From the NCBI RefSeq assembly GCF_036321535.1, contig NC_087447.1:50346001-50410000 (forward strand): DNA of 64,000 bases. Reading direction: 5' to 3'. Below are positions 48,841 to 61,840 of this stretch, piece by piece. Under the pieces are notes generated by a model that saw nothing but the letters and a program-made list of their open reading frames with translations, ran no database searches and was not told the DNA's origin. The position numbers were made by a program, and so were the translations under genes. The number at the start of each line of letters is the position of its first letter. The stretch's first letter is position 1. The stretch is from Camelus dromedarius (taxonomy: Eukaryota).

Positions 48841-51800
48841 TTTGTTTTTTTTTTTTAACTCACTTTAACACTCTTCATCTTGTTATTTTGATTAATGACA
48901 CATTCAATTTCTACCATAAAGCATATAATAGGTGCTCAGGGAATCAGCCATGGTCAACCTCGGGTCTCTTCTAGGCCTGCTGGGAATAGGGGACTGGGAA
49001 GGGAAGTGAGGTCTCTTCTCACTATTACCCCTTAGTCTGGGGGGCCTACGGGACATGGTTTTTCCTCAGAAAGGCATGGCGTTTCCAGAAAGGCTTGGCT
49101 GAGAAAACCCCAATAGTCTGAGGCCACATAACTGTTTCCTAGAAACTAGATGTGAGTGAAACTCAGCTGGTGCCGAGTCACAGCATACGTTTCCTGTTTT
49201 TCATCCACAAGCTAATAAAGTTATTTCCTTCGCAAGCTACTGAGCAGGAAGGCCCCACTGCCTCAAGGCTGGAGGCCAGCCCTGATCCACCTCGGCTCCA
49301 GGCAGAGGAGGAAGCGGCCTGGGCTCCCTTGGGGGAGGGGCTTCCTCAGGCTGGGCTGTCAGCTCTCCTCCCCAGGGGCTAGACCCCCAGCTGCAAGTGG
49401 GCATCGGAGCCAGCTCTGCCCCGACAGTCGCCAAGGCTCCGTTCCTGGCCGGGAACCTTCCATGAATCTCCTGACCATCTATCTGGTCCTCTTGGAAGTG
49501 CCCCTGGATGTCTGATCAGCACCTCAAATTCCACATGTCCCACACAGACAGATCTTGCCTCAACCATGTTCTTCCGGGTGTTCCTTGTGTTCTCCATTTC
49601 TGTGGTGCTGTCACCATCCACCAGCTGCTTAGTCAGAATTACAGGCAACACTGGGCCCCCTGCCCAATCCCTGTACCTGTCAGCCAGACATCTTGGTCTG
49701 CGGTCCCGGGCCCCAGCCCAGACTCCATGCACAGCAGCGTGGGGAGGGCTCTTGTCTGGCGCCACTCTGTCTCCCCTCTGTCTCCCACTCGCTGGGAGCT
49801 GCCCTGGCGGGGATAGGCTGGCTTCGTCTCTGTGCCCCAGCATTCAGCACAGTGTGGATGGGGAGACTGCTCAGGACAGTTTGTTGAACAAACCAGGGAG
49901 TGAATGAATGAATGGGCAGGACCCTCTGGAGTCTTCTTGAGGTTAACCCTCTGCCACCACACCCCTTCTAACCAACCTCCCTAGCTGTGGTTTCTAGAAC
50001 CCTCTGTCTCCTGCCCCTTCTGAACCTACTCAGGCCTCCACTTTCTTCCCTACATGTGGAACCCAGCTGCAGATGCTGTCCTGGTTGCAACTCTGGGGCA
50101 GGGCCCTGGCTCCGGCTCTGGGAGAAACAGGTCCTGCACAGGGCGTGTCAGCTCTAGATGCCGGGGATAGTGCCCTGGATCACTCATTCTTTATTCACCT
50201 AAACCTTTATGGAGCCCAGAGTACGTGCCATGCCCTTGGGATAAGGCATAACAAGGACGGACAAAGTTCCTCCCACCTTGAGACTCACTCACCAGAGCAA
50301 GGGGGGAGCTGGGGCCCCCGCAGCACCCAGTCACCAGTGGGGTCCAGGTGAGCTGGGGCATCTGCAGGTGTGCCTGGAGGGTACGGCCACACAGGACCAG
50401 GACAGGAGGGCTGTGGGAAGCGTGTGTAGGTAAAAACCCAGACAGCAGGCCAAGCTGCAGGGCTGGGTTCGGCTCCCAGAACGAAGTGCATCAGGAGGGA
50501 GGGCAATGGTCCTTGGGGGCCAGGGTCCACAGCAGGTGACCCAGACAGATGGTGAGTGGGAAGGTCATGGTTTGGAAGTCAGGCAGCCCTGACACACTGA
50601 GGAAGTTGCTCTCTGAGCCCCAGTTTCCTTTTCTGCAGAATAGATGCTAATAATTCCCGTCTCACTAGAGGATGAAATCAGTGTGCATCAGGGAAGGTCC
50701 CTGGCACATACGAGGGGACAAGCTGGGGCCAGGGTAGGTGGGGAGCCCACTGTCAGTCCTGGAGCAGGGGCCGGGGCCAGAGCTTCACAAACCCCCTGCC
50801 CTCTTCTGCTTAAGCAGTCTTGAAGCCAAGCAGGGCCAAGGTGGAGGGGCAGGAGCTCAAGGGGGTTAGCGTTAGGGTGAGGGGCAGAATAGGGCGGAAA
50901 AGATTCAGTTTCGAGCTGGGCGACTTGTGTGCGTGAATTCAGTCCTCACAAGCATCAGGGGAGCGGGTCTTACCCTTAGGAACCCAAAGCTCAGAGTGGA
51001 AGAGACCTGCCCCAGATGAGTGGCAGAGCTGGGCTCAAGTCCAGGTTTGCAGGCCCCTGTGCTCAGGCCGCTTGTCTTGCACTATGGTTGAGGGCTGCAC
51101 CCCAGCCCTCACCTCCTTTCTCAGAGTCATGGCCCTGAGGCTAACTGAGCTGGCCCTCCCTTCCCTGGCCCTCCCTTTGCTGCATTTTTGAACCCCTTAT
51201 TCACCCTGATCGGTTTATCTTTTGTTTCCTGCCCAGCCTGGAGGCCAGCAGATGTGTGGTGGTCCCCATCCTACCCCATCTCTGTGCTGAGCTCCTAGAG
51301 GGTGGGATCTCACCCCTGTGTCACCAGCATCCATCACCAGGCAAGAACCAGGAAAAGGCTGACTGAAGGGGGAAGGAGGAGGGGGCAGCCTGGGGTCCCA
51401 GAAGGCCCTGAGCGGGCGGAATTTCCCCACCGTGCAGGACGGAAAGGAGTACCCACGGTCCCAGGTGTGAATCCCACCTTGCCCATTTCTTTTTCCAAAT
51501 TGCATTAAAATATACATAACACAAAATTTACCATTTTAAAATTTACTCTTTTTAGCACACAACTCAATGGCACTATGTATATCCACATTGTTGTGTAACT
51601 ATCACCACCATCCATCTCCAGGACGTCTTTTTTTTGGCCTTGTGCCTCCCAGAGCATAAGCACCCTGCCTCTGAGCCCAGCTGCTCATTTACACACCAGG
51701 AAGCGCACCGCGCCTCTCAGCTGTAGCGAGGCTACAGGAGACGGGTGTGGGCCACGCTTCCTGGGTCAAGCGGGGTGCACCTGGGAGTGACTGGTATTGT

Positions 51801-53878
51801 TGGCATGGGCTAGCCCCTCAAGACTTCCTAAAGGGCAAGGTTGCATGTAATGGTTGTGATGATTATGGCACAAGCATGACAGGGAGGTATTAAGGAGGGG
51901 ACGCCAGCCGGCAAGCAGCCAGGAGACCTGGGCCCTAAAAATTCTCTGCCGTGAGTAGCTGTGGCCCTGGCCACGTCCCTGACCCTCCTGGGCCTCAGCT
52001 TCCTCTTTGTATAAAGAGGGGTGCACAAGGAGCACTTTTTCTCGCAGTGCCCAAAGCCTCCTCTCCTCTGTCATCTGCCTCAGGCGCCCTCCCCTGGGCG
52101 CTCCCTGTGCATGCGGAGGGGGCAGCTGCTGCTCCCCAAGACCCTCTGCTCCCTGAACATCTTGTGTGCTTGTCCACCAGGCCACAGGCCCCTCGAGGAC
52201 AGAGGCCTTGGCTTTCTTTCAGTCATTCATTCATTCGTTCATTCACTCATTCATCCATTGGTGTATTTAATGAACACTTGTCTGTGCCAAGCCCTGTGCT
52301 GGGCTGGCTGTGTGGGACCTGGTCCTCCTTCCAGGGACGCCTGGTCTGGTGGGAGGTCAGAGCCAGGCCCAGACAGGGTGGTACAGCACCGGGCCTGCAG
52401 GGATGTGATGCTATTCCCAGCGCCACATGTCTGGGAAGGTGGAGCAGGAGTGGCCTGCGGTGTAGACGTGCTGGGGCAAGTGTCTCCTTTAAGCTCTGTC
52501 TCCTTGTCTGCGAAGTAGCACCCCATAAGGTTGTGGCGAGGAGCCAAGGCCAGGGGAGCACATGGGGAAAAGGGCACAGTTGCTCAGCAGACATGGGCTC
52601 GTGTGAACAGAGACCACAGTGGGGCGACCCCACTGGGAAATGCTGCTCAAGTGTCCGTCCATCCTTCAAGCAGACCCTCTCAGCACCTGTTGGAACAAAG
52701 CGTGTTTCAGGCATGGCATGGCAGACATCACACAAAGCGGGCTGTCACTTCTGCAAGGTATTTCTTGAGAACCCGTAGAGATGCTTATCTCCGCTGAGCT
52801 GGGTTCTCAGAAGGGACCTACTGTTGGTTTAGCATAAACCTTGGGTTTGGGACACAGAAGCACAAGACCCAGGCTCCTCCCTCCAGGTGGGGAGAAGCCA
52901 GGTGCAAAACCGCAAGCGACCTGCTCCGTGCTGGGGGAAGGTGGGAACCCAGGCCCCAGTGGGGGTGGGGAAGTGCTGAGCAGAGGGATGGACTCAACTT
53001 ACGGACAGAGGATAGGATCGAAACCCAGGTAAAGGATTGTTTTTTGGCCAATTCTGAAGGTTGTTCTCATGATAGCACCACCACACACACACACAAAATT
53101 TAGGCATTATATCTACAGTTCCCATTTCACAGATGTGGAAGCGGAGGCTTAGAAAAGTTATGGGAGTAGATGCCTCACCATGCTCTGTTGCCTCAGTCTT
53201 TCCCTGCAGGGAGGGACCTGCCCTCCCCTCCTTGCTTGTCACCATCCCATCCTCTGACCTCCTCCAAGTTGTACTTTAAAACCATGGGCTGGAAGGCTCT
53301 GTCTCCTTCCCCCTCACAGGCCTCTGCGTAGGGACTCCTTGGGGGCAACCCGTGAGGAAAGCCGTAACTTTGTAATCCCTACTTCATCCACAGGCCTGGG
53401 AACGTCCTCCTGGCTCATGTAAGGCCCAAGCACACGGGCTCCACCCTGGGGTGTGGGCCAGGACCAAGCCTCTTTGTTCCATTGTCCGCCCTCACTGGCC
53501 CAGCCTGGGCGGCTGGGGTTTGGGGAGGGCTCAGGAGCTGCGCCAGCCAAGCGTGGGTTTGCTGATGAAACAGAGGAGTCCTTGGATCCGCAGATTTAGT
53601 GTATGGGCTCTCATTCCTGCCTGCGTGTCAGCATCACCTGGAGCTTAGGAAAAATCTGCACACCAGGGCCCCACCCCAGGCTAAACCAGAATCACTGGGC
53701 AGGGGCTGGGCATCTGCATTTTATGAACAGTCCTTATGGGATTCCATGTGCAGCCAGGTCCATCTCAGTGGGCTGTTATGTGGTCCTAATGGTCACACGG
53801 GGGGCTTAGCCTGGCAGTAATTTGCATTGATCCTCAAACCTCTCCCCTAACAAGTTTTATACTATTGTTATTATCTCA

Positions 53879-54326
53879 TGTTATGGATTGAATTTTGTGC
53901 TCCTCCACACCAATCCCTGCCAGTAACTCATACAAAATCTTAATTCCTCAGGCTCTCAGAATATGACCTTATTTGGAGACAGAGTCTTTACAGAAGTAGT
54001 CAAGGTAAAAGGAGGTCAGTAGGGTGGGCCCTAATCCAGGATGACTGGGGTCCTTATATAACGGCGGAATTTGCAAATAGCCCTGCACAGCGAAAATGCC
54101 TTGTGAAGATTACAGTGATGCTTTTAAAAGCCAAGAAACACCAAAGATTGCCAGCCAACCACCAGCAGCTTGGGAAGAGGCAAGGAACAGATTCTCCCTC
54201 ACAGCCCTCAGAAGGAACCAACCCTGTCCACAGCTCCATCTTGGACTTCTAGCCTTCAGATCTGGGAGACAATGCATTTCTGTTATTTAAGCCACTCAGT
54301 TACAGGAGCCCCAGCAAACTGACCCA
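53879..54326 (+). mobile_element. MLT1 (MaLR) solo LTR
   Basis: 'tgttatggattgaatt..tgaccttatttggagacagagtctttacagaagta' and 'gaggcaaggaacagattctccctcacagccctcagaaggaaccaaccctg'. Confidence 0.88.
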
Positions 54327-56711
54327 CCTCCTTTTTACAGGTGAGCAAACCCAAGGTTATGAAGTGACTTTCCAGAGGTGGCCTGGGCACAGTGGACCTC
54401 GTTGACTGGTGCGTATTTCTCTGCCACCTCTTAAATGCTGATACCCAGTACCCTCCAATCTCAAGCCCTCAGCTCTTCAGAAGTGCATCCATCCACCCAT
54501 CTTTGAGGCAGGCAATGTTCTAAACACAGGGGCCCAGCAGAGAAACAAACATACCAACAAACATACAAACAGACAAACAACAGACACAAGCCCCCTCTAC
54601 CCCTGGCCATGGGAAAGAGACAGTAAACAAGGTAAATGAAATATAAGTTAATAGCATGTTGCACGGTCTAAAGGCCATGGGGAAAAATGAAGCAAGGGAG
54701 GGCATAGGAAGTATGGAGGTGGTGGGGTTTTGAACAGGTCCCTGGGAAAGTCTCGCCAGGAAGGTGACACACCTGGCACAATTGTACCCATTCAGACTGC
54801 AACACCTCGCCTTCCCCTGCCCAGAGATACATCCCAGATCCCGCCCACTTCATGCTCCCAATAGGGCATCTCCCCTGGGACTCATGCTGCCCACCCTGAA
54901 CGCAGCTTCCCTACCATGTGCTCCACCGCCAGGTGCATATCCCAGAGAATTGCACCATCATCCACACTCAGCCATTCAAACCAGAAACCTGGAAGCCAGC
55001 TAAGTCTCCCCTCACCTCTGCCCCCATCATCCCATCTGACCCTTGGAGCTGGAGGTGCTCCCTCCACAAGTGCTGAAGTCAATGGCTCAGTACCCCCTCA
55101 GCTTGGGCAGAGCACCCCAGCTTAGGGAGGAGAGCGGTTTCTGGTAATGGTGGACCCAGCGCCATTCTAAGACCTGTATAGACGCTGTCCACCACCATTG
55201 GTAGCACCAGCTTCAGAGCCTACAGTCGGACGCTGAGCTCTGTAAATTTGCCTCCTCCTCTCCGCCCATCAGATACTACATCCCTCCCAGGGTAGCAGGG
55301 GCCTTCCATGACTTGCCCAGTGAGAACTAGCGGGAGGCTGTGACAGGCTCCCAGGACCAATGTCTTGTATCAATCAGGGAACCAAGTCCCTTCCCTTTCT
55401 GGGTCTCAGTCTCCCCATCAGTTTAATGGGTACAAATCCCTGCAGGGCTAACCTCTCAGGTTATCTTGGCTGAGCCAATGGATGTGAATGGCATTGCTCA
55501 AAACTGTGGAACACATGGACAGGCTGGGGTGAGGGGAGAATGGGGTGGGACACTGTGTGTGCTGATGTGGACAAGCCAGAAGGCAGTATCTGTGGCTCTG
55601 GAAGGAACAGAGTGATCTAGACTGACCCAGTCCTCACACGATGCTCTCTCCCACCTTTGTTTCCTCCGCTGTCCTCTCTCCCTCCTACTGTCTACTGCAG
55701 GAAGGCCATGATGCAGACAACCCTTGCCTCTGGGGGACGCACTCTGCAGCAGGCAGATCTCCTCCCCCATGTGAATAATCAGAGTGGATGGGATCAACTG
55801 ATCTCTGGGATCCCAGAGTTTTTATGGACTTTCCAGGGATGCTGGAGGCTTAGTGGGATTTGGAAGGAACATGTTCCTCAGACTAGAACATTGGACCAAG
55901 CTTCCCTTTCTGAGGTCCAGGCCAGAGCAGCAGAGGTCCTGGGGGATAGGAGGAAAGGGCAGTCTCTGGCCAGATTCCACACTTGGAATCCATGTAAGGC
56001 TTGAAACAGGGTGGGTGTTCAGTAGACAGAGCTATGTATCTGAGGCTGAGGGGTGGTCAGTGGACTTTGGATCCTATGTGAGTCTCTCACCGAGTGCCTG
56101 CTGAATGGAGCTGCCCACCTAGTCCCCTATTTAGGTTGGATGGCACCCTCTGCTCTACTGCGTGTGCATGGGCATAGGAGAGTGGGAGAAGGAGAAAAGA
56201 CACATCCGCAGTGGGCTCAGCCGGCACCACCCACAGCAGCCTTTGACAAGGCAAGATGGAGGAGAACAAGCCGTTGCTGCCCACCCAGCTCCTGTCCCGC
56301 ACTTCCATGTGAAGGAGGGGTGGCTGAAGGGCTCTGCTTGGGTGTGCCTGTCCCTCACTTGGTGAGCCAGGAAGAAGATCGGTGAGTTCATTGATTCTGG
56401 ATTGAAGGGTCTTCTTTTGCTCTTCTGTGCCCCTGGGATGGGGAGGGCTGCAACCTCCCCTTAGTTCTGGGAGGATGACTGAATTCCCATCCTGCTGTGG
56501 GAGCGTCTGTGAGTCACTTGACTTCATCTAGCTCACAGGGGTAATGGTATGAACCTCATGAGGTTGTTGAGAGGATTACATGGTGTATAACCAGCACTTA
56601 GATCCCTATTGTTAGCCCTGAGTCCCCAGCCTGACTGGCACCTGGCCCCATAGTTGGCCCGCTTCCCTCCTACCTGGAAAGCCAGCATCCTCAGATACCC
56701 CTGGGCTTTAT

Positions 56712-57042
56712 AACTGTGCTCTCCACCTTAGTAGCCACTAGCCACAGGCATTCAGCATTTGAAATGGTGGCTTGTCTGAATCAAGATGTACTGTAAATAT
56801 AAAATATGTACCGAATTTCAAAGATTTAATAAGAAAAGAGAATGTAACTATATCATTAAAGATGTCTAATTTTAATTTATTAATATTAATTACATGCTGA
56901 AATGATTACTAGTTTGGCTATATTAGGTTAAATAAAATATGTTATTAAAATTAAGTTCACTTGTTTCTTTTTACTTTCATATGAGAGAAATTTAATTACA
57001 TGTATGGCTCACATTATACGTTATTGGGCGATGCTGCTCTAG
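56712..57042. mobile_element. MER33/MER3-like hAT DNA transposon fossil
   Basis: AT-rich island with 'gtagccactagccaca..catttgaaatg.tggct' and 'tacatgtatggctcacattata..ttattggg..tgctgctctag'. Confidence 0.7.
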
Positions 57043-58093
57043 ACCTTGGAAAGGTCATTTCCAGGGCATCTTCCTGGTGGCTCCCAGGAAAAGCAGCCTT
57101 TGGAATTCTCACTGAACTCCACTCAGCCTCAGCCACTGGAGAATGTCTGCTTCCCAGACAGCCTCTGGGTTCCGGAACCCACTCGGGTGGCCTCGCTCAT
57201 TCTCCCCAATTCCCCACACAACATGCAACCTCCCAGGCAGCTTAGACTCTGCCAAGAGACCCGTGTCCCCAGGACGAGTGTGACAGCAAAGCCTGTAGCC
57301 CCTTCCCCCAAACCCCCGCTGTCCAGCTGCTTAGAACCTCAGCGCTGTGTGGGAACTTCCCTATGTCACTTTCTCCCTCCCTGTGGCCCCCAGGGATGTG
57401 GCTTCCTTGTCCCAGGCCCTGAGTCAGCTCCAAGGAATCTCCTCTCCTCGCCAGAGGGTTCTGAGGGTGAGTGGCAGGCTGTGTGATGCTCAAGAATATG
57501 GACTTTGGAGTCAGATCTGGATGTGACTGGAGGTCCTGCAAGCCCCTTCTTCCCGACACCTCAGTTTTCTCATTTATGAAATGGGCACAATCATTGTACC
57601 TGCTTCTTGGTGTTGTTGGGGATTAAAGGACATTATCAATGTATGGCGCCCAGCATAGCACCAGGGTAGTGCTAGTTGTTCAAGGACAGGAAAGAATTAG
57701 GGATGTGGGTTTTGGCCATAGCCTCACTCAGCCAGCCTCAAAGGGGAGGCAGGTCCCAAGGGGGCAGGGCCATGGGGGGAAGGAGGCAGTACAGGAGTTC
57801 CCTGCAGACCTTGGGCTACAGGTAGCCTGACCTACAGCCCTGCTGACCCATTTTCAGATGAGATGACGGAGATTCATAGAGGTGAAGTGATTCACCCAAG
57901 TGTGGCACCAGGGGTTGTCACTGGGGCTGCCTGGCTCCAAAGCCCCCGCTCTTTCTCTCATGGTGCATCGTGAAGTCTAAGTGAGAGCCGTGTATGGGGG
58001 ATGTGGACTCAAGATAGTTTGAGAAGAAATTTGAGCTAATATGGCCCCTTTCCCACTGGTGGTGTTGAGTATTTGAGATAACATGTCCACAAC

Positions 58094-58510
58094 TGTCCTA
58101 AACTGGGTTCCCCAAAGCAGACCCTGAACGAAGGGCTTGGGTCTAGGTAGATTCTTCAGGAGGTGATGCCAGGAAACAGTGTAAGGGACAGAGAAATGAG
58201 TCAAGGAAGGGAGAGTGCCTGGGAAATTGCGTCTGATGAACAGGTCTCCGCTGTGGGCACCTGAGCTCTGTCCTGCTGGGCACCCTTTGAGCGGGTGTAT
58301 ACAACACACACCAGAATTTTCAAACAGGGAGCCAAAGGCTGGGGTGTTGGTCTAGCTTCCACCCCTCATGATTGAGGGGTGCCCCAGGAAAGTGGAATCT
58401 CTGGCACTTCCCTGTGCAGGCTGAACAAGGCCCCTTGGCACTGGAGGAAGCCCTCGGGTAGAGAAAGAGGAGAGGCTGATGCTGGGCTGATGTGGCAGGG
58501 AGTCCACGCA
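58094..58510 (-). mobile_element. ERVL LTR16/LTR33-like LTR (right end approximate)
   Basis: Begins 'tgtcctaaactgggttccccaaagcagaccctga', the reverse complement of the LTR16-type terminus also seen at 37613-37628. Confidence 0.6.
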
Positions 58511-58593
58511 GCCAGCAGGAGGCGCAAGCCTGGAAATTCCCCTTGAGGAAAGCGTTAAAACTCTACAACAACGTTCATGACAGTTTAAAAAAA

Positions 58594-58630
<37 letters not shown>

Positions 58631-61409
58631 GAAAGAGAAGTAACCTAAATATCCAGCAAAAGGGGACTGGCTTAGTAAATTATGGTGCATTCGCAAGATA
58701 GAATATTCTGTAGCCAAAGATGAAGACTGTTGCAACACAGAAAAATATTTGAGAAACAATGTTACCTGAAAAATGGTGCATCGATCAGGGCTCCACCAGA
58801 GAAGCAGAAGCAGCAGGAGATACACATATGAGATTTCTTGGTAAGAATTGGCTTGGAAAGCTTGGGGGCTGGTTATGCAAGTTCAAAGGACTCAGAGTCT
58901 ACGCATACAGTGGCTTTAAGCTGATTCCACTCCAGCCTGAGGCTAGATCCTTCCACAGTCCCTCCTCTTTCACCCCACCTCCCCTATCGGCAGATGTAAG
59001 GTGGCTGAGTGGGGGCCACTTTCTCTGCTGTTTTTCTGCCTTGGCCTCAGCATTCATCACCTCTGGGCTCAGCGCCTGACTGACACACAGCAGCCCCCTC
59101 CCCCTTACCTCCCGGGGCTGGGTGGGGAGGGCTGTGGTGGGCAACAGGGCCTGAACACATGGATCCCATCAGTGACTTCATTCTGACTGGCCATTGCTAG
59201 ACTTTCCCTGGCCTAGCAAAGGTCTGGCTGAGGCTGCCCTCACTCCATGTGTGGGGTTTGTATAGCCTCCAGCCCCCTGGGTTGGACCAAAGCAAAGTAG
59301 AAAGTGAGTCACACTATGATGAGCTGTGTTACCTTGGGTGAGTCCCTGCCCTCCTGGGCTCTCTGGCCACCCCTAACTCTAACGTGAGAAATGTTTGATT
59401 ATGCCAGTGTTAACCTCTGTGCATCTTGGGGTCAGTGTCCAGAGCTGAGCTGTCCAAAGCAGGGCTGTGTAGACATGAGGGCTGAGCCAAGTGGCAGGAC
59501 GAGCCAGGGGCCAGCTTCTCTGGGGTAGGGGCATCAATGCCTGGAGTCTCATCTGCCCCTACTGGCCCCACACCTTATGCCTCAGTCCTGGGCTGAGCCC
59601 ACCAGACCCAGAGACCCTGCAGGGTCCACCTCTGAGGCATCAGTGCCCAGCCCAGGGTTGGCTCAAAGGGGCTGCTCAGAGAAAAGAGAGAGAAAGCGAG
59701 GGAGAGAGGAGGGAGAAGGTAGGGGGTAAAGGAGAGGGACTAGCCGAAAGGATGAGTGAATGAGTGACCCAGTTGGTGGGAGGCGAGGCCTTGTGGTGAG
59801 CCATCCACTGCCCATGGAGCCCAGTTCTGCTGCCGGCTCAGAACACAGAGCTGGACAAGCAGGCCCAGCTCTTCCTATAGATGTAGAAACTGAGGTACAG
59901 GGAGGGGAGGGAGGATGCATGAGGTTGTATGGAGAACAGAGGCAGGGGCAGGACCCAGGCTCCTGGTCTGGGGCTCTTCCCACCTCCCAAGACTGCCCGC
60001 GGAAAAGTGGTTTCCTAGAGCCAAGTGGGAAGGTGACTTCAGTTGCAGGCCCTGAGGTGGGGGAGTGGGGGCTCCGAGGCCCCTGGACCCAAGAGGGAAG
60101 CAGAGGGAGGGCAACCTTGGGTGGGTTGTTCAGGGCAGGGACTAGGCTCTGGGAGGCCAGCGGGCAAGGCCAGGGCTGCCCTAGGACCTTGGGCCATGGG
60201 CGCCACCTGGACTTGGAGGCTCTGGCCGCTCAGAAATGGCCCTCTTGCCGCCAGTCTCGCCAGCTCTGCAGTCTCTGCCTTGTTCTTTTGCCCCTTGCTG
60301 CTCTCTCTCTCTCTCCTCCCCGCTCAACCCTCTTTTCTCCCTTTCAGTCTCTCCTTCCCCTCTGTTGGGTGTCTCCTTGGATTTGGGGCTCTCCTCTGTC
60401 TCTGCCCCTGTTTGAGGTCCGTCTCTCCATGCCTTTGTCTCCTCTCCTGCTCTCTGGCCTGTCACTCCATCTGACTCTGCCTCCTGCTGTCCCGGCCACC
60501 TCTGTCCCCATCTGCTTTAACTCACTCCATATCTTGCCCTGCTCTGTTTTGGTATCTCCCTCTGTCTCTCTCTGTCACCTCCTGTCTCTGATTTTCTGTC
60601 TCTGTATCATGCTCCCTCATTTCAAGCCACCAAAGGCCCCTCTGGCTGCTCTGGGAAGCGCTCCCTCCCCACCCCCCACCGGTCTTGCCCCCCTCTGGTA
60701 ACGATTACCCTGGCTGGAATGGAATCCCCCGGTGCCCCAGAAAGACCCACAGGCATCACATGGGGACCAGATGGCAACAGATTCTTCAAGAAACTAACTA
60801 CTTTGGGCAAACTCTCAGGGGCCCCAGGGGAGGCCATGCCAGCCAAAGAGCAAAGACCCATAGGCCTGCAGCTGCCAAACCGTACCGAGATCCTCTTGGG
60901 CTGTTCTGCCCACCAGGCCAGGAGGCATAGGGGGTGGTGCCAGGCACCCAAGGCACAGACACCGGAGCAGCCAAAGGCAGAGGAGCAGGGCCCAGCACAA
61001 GAAAGGGTGTATTTTACTGAATGTAAATTATGTGTTCGTTAAAAAGTGGACCAAAAAGGCAAATCAGGTCACATCACTCCTCTGCACAAACCTGTCCAGT
61101 GGCTCCCAGCTAACTCTTTTCAGTGGTCTGTAAGACCCAATGTCAGTATTTTTCAAACTGTGGGCCATGACCTTTCAGTAGGTTGGGAAGTCAATTTAAG
61201 GATTATGACCTGCATTATTTTCTTAGATGAAATAGAATAAAATAAAATGTATAAGAGTGCATACATATAGTAAACGTATGTTTCATGAAGTATTTACTTC
61301 AGTGTTATTTTGGGATATGTCTGTTTATATTGGATTGCAATAGAAAATTTATTTCTTACTGTGGATTATAATCAACAAAACAATAAAAGATTCCTCAGAG
61401 TAGTCTGCT

Positions 61410-61840
61410 CCCCAGCCCCATTATCTACTTACTTTATCTCTTCTCTCTCCCCCTTGCTCATTCTTCTGCAGCTTCACTGACTTTCCTGCACCGGTCCTGG
61501 CATACTCCTGCCTCAGGGCCTTTGCACTGGCTGTTCTGTTTAGAACATTCCTCCTCTAGATTTCCCACGGTTCCCTCTCTCACTTCTTCCAGATCTTGAC
61601 TCAAGTGTCAACTTCCAGAGAGAGGCCTTCTCGACCAGGCTGCCGTCCCCTTGCCTCACTTTATTTTCCTCCATTGCACGTATTTCCACCCACTGGAATA
61701 TTACATATTTATTAGTCTACTTCGTTCCACAAGAATGTCAGTTGGATGAGGACAGGGACTGTGTCTGTTTTACTCACTGTTATACACCCGTGCCTGGAAC
61801 AGTGCTTGGGACACAGCGGACATTTACTGGATAAATTACC
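61410..61840 (+). mobile_element. L2 3' end
   Basis: 'cctgcctcagggcctttgcactggctgtt' and 'gaggacagggactgtgtctgttttactcactgt..gtgcctggaacagtgcttgg'. A further L2 end lies at about 63745-63880. Confidence 0.75.

Noticed and set aside
50861..50884. Telomere-like ggggttagcgttagggtgagggg
   Set aside because: It has only about 3 degenerate units, which is compatible with chance.
51951..52778. 275-aa ORF and overlapping ORFs
   Set aside because: It runs through a (TTCA)n L2 tail, has a GTG start and shows no recognisable homology; long ORFs are expected in GC-rich DNA.
59760..60701. 313-aa ORF
   Set aside because: It is a product of GC-rich and CT-rich low-complexity DNA, with no recognisable domain or exon structure.
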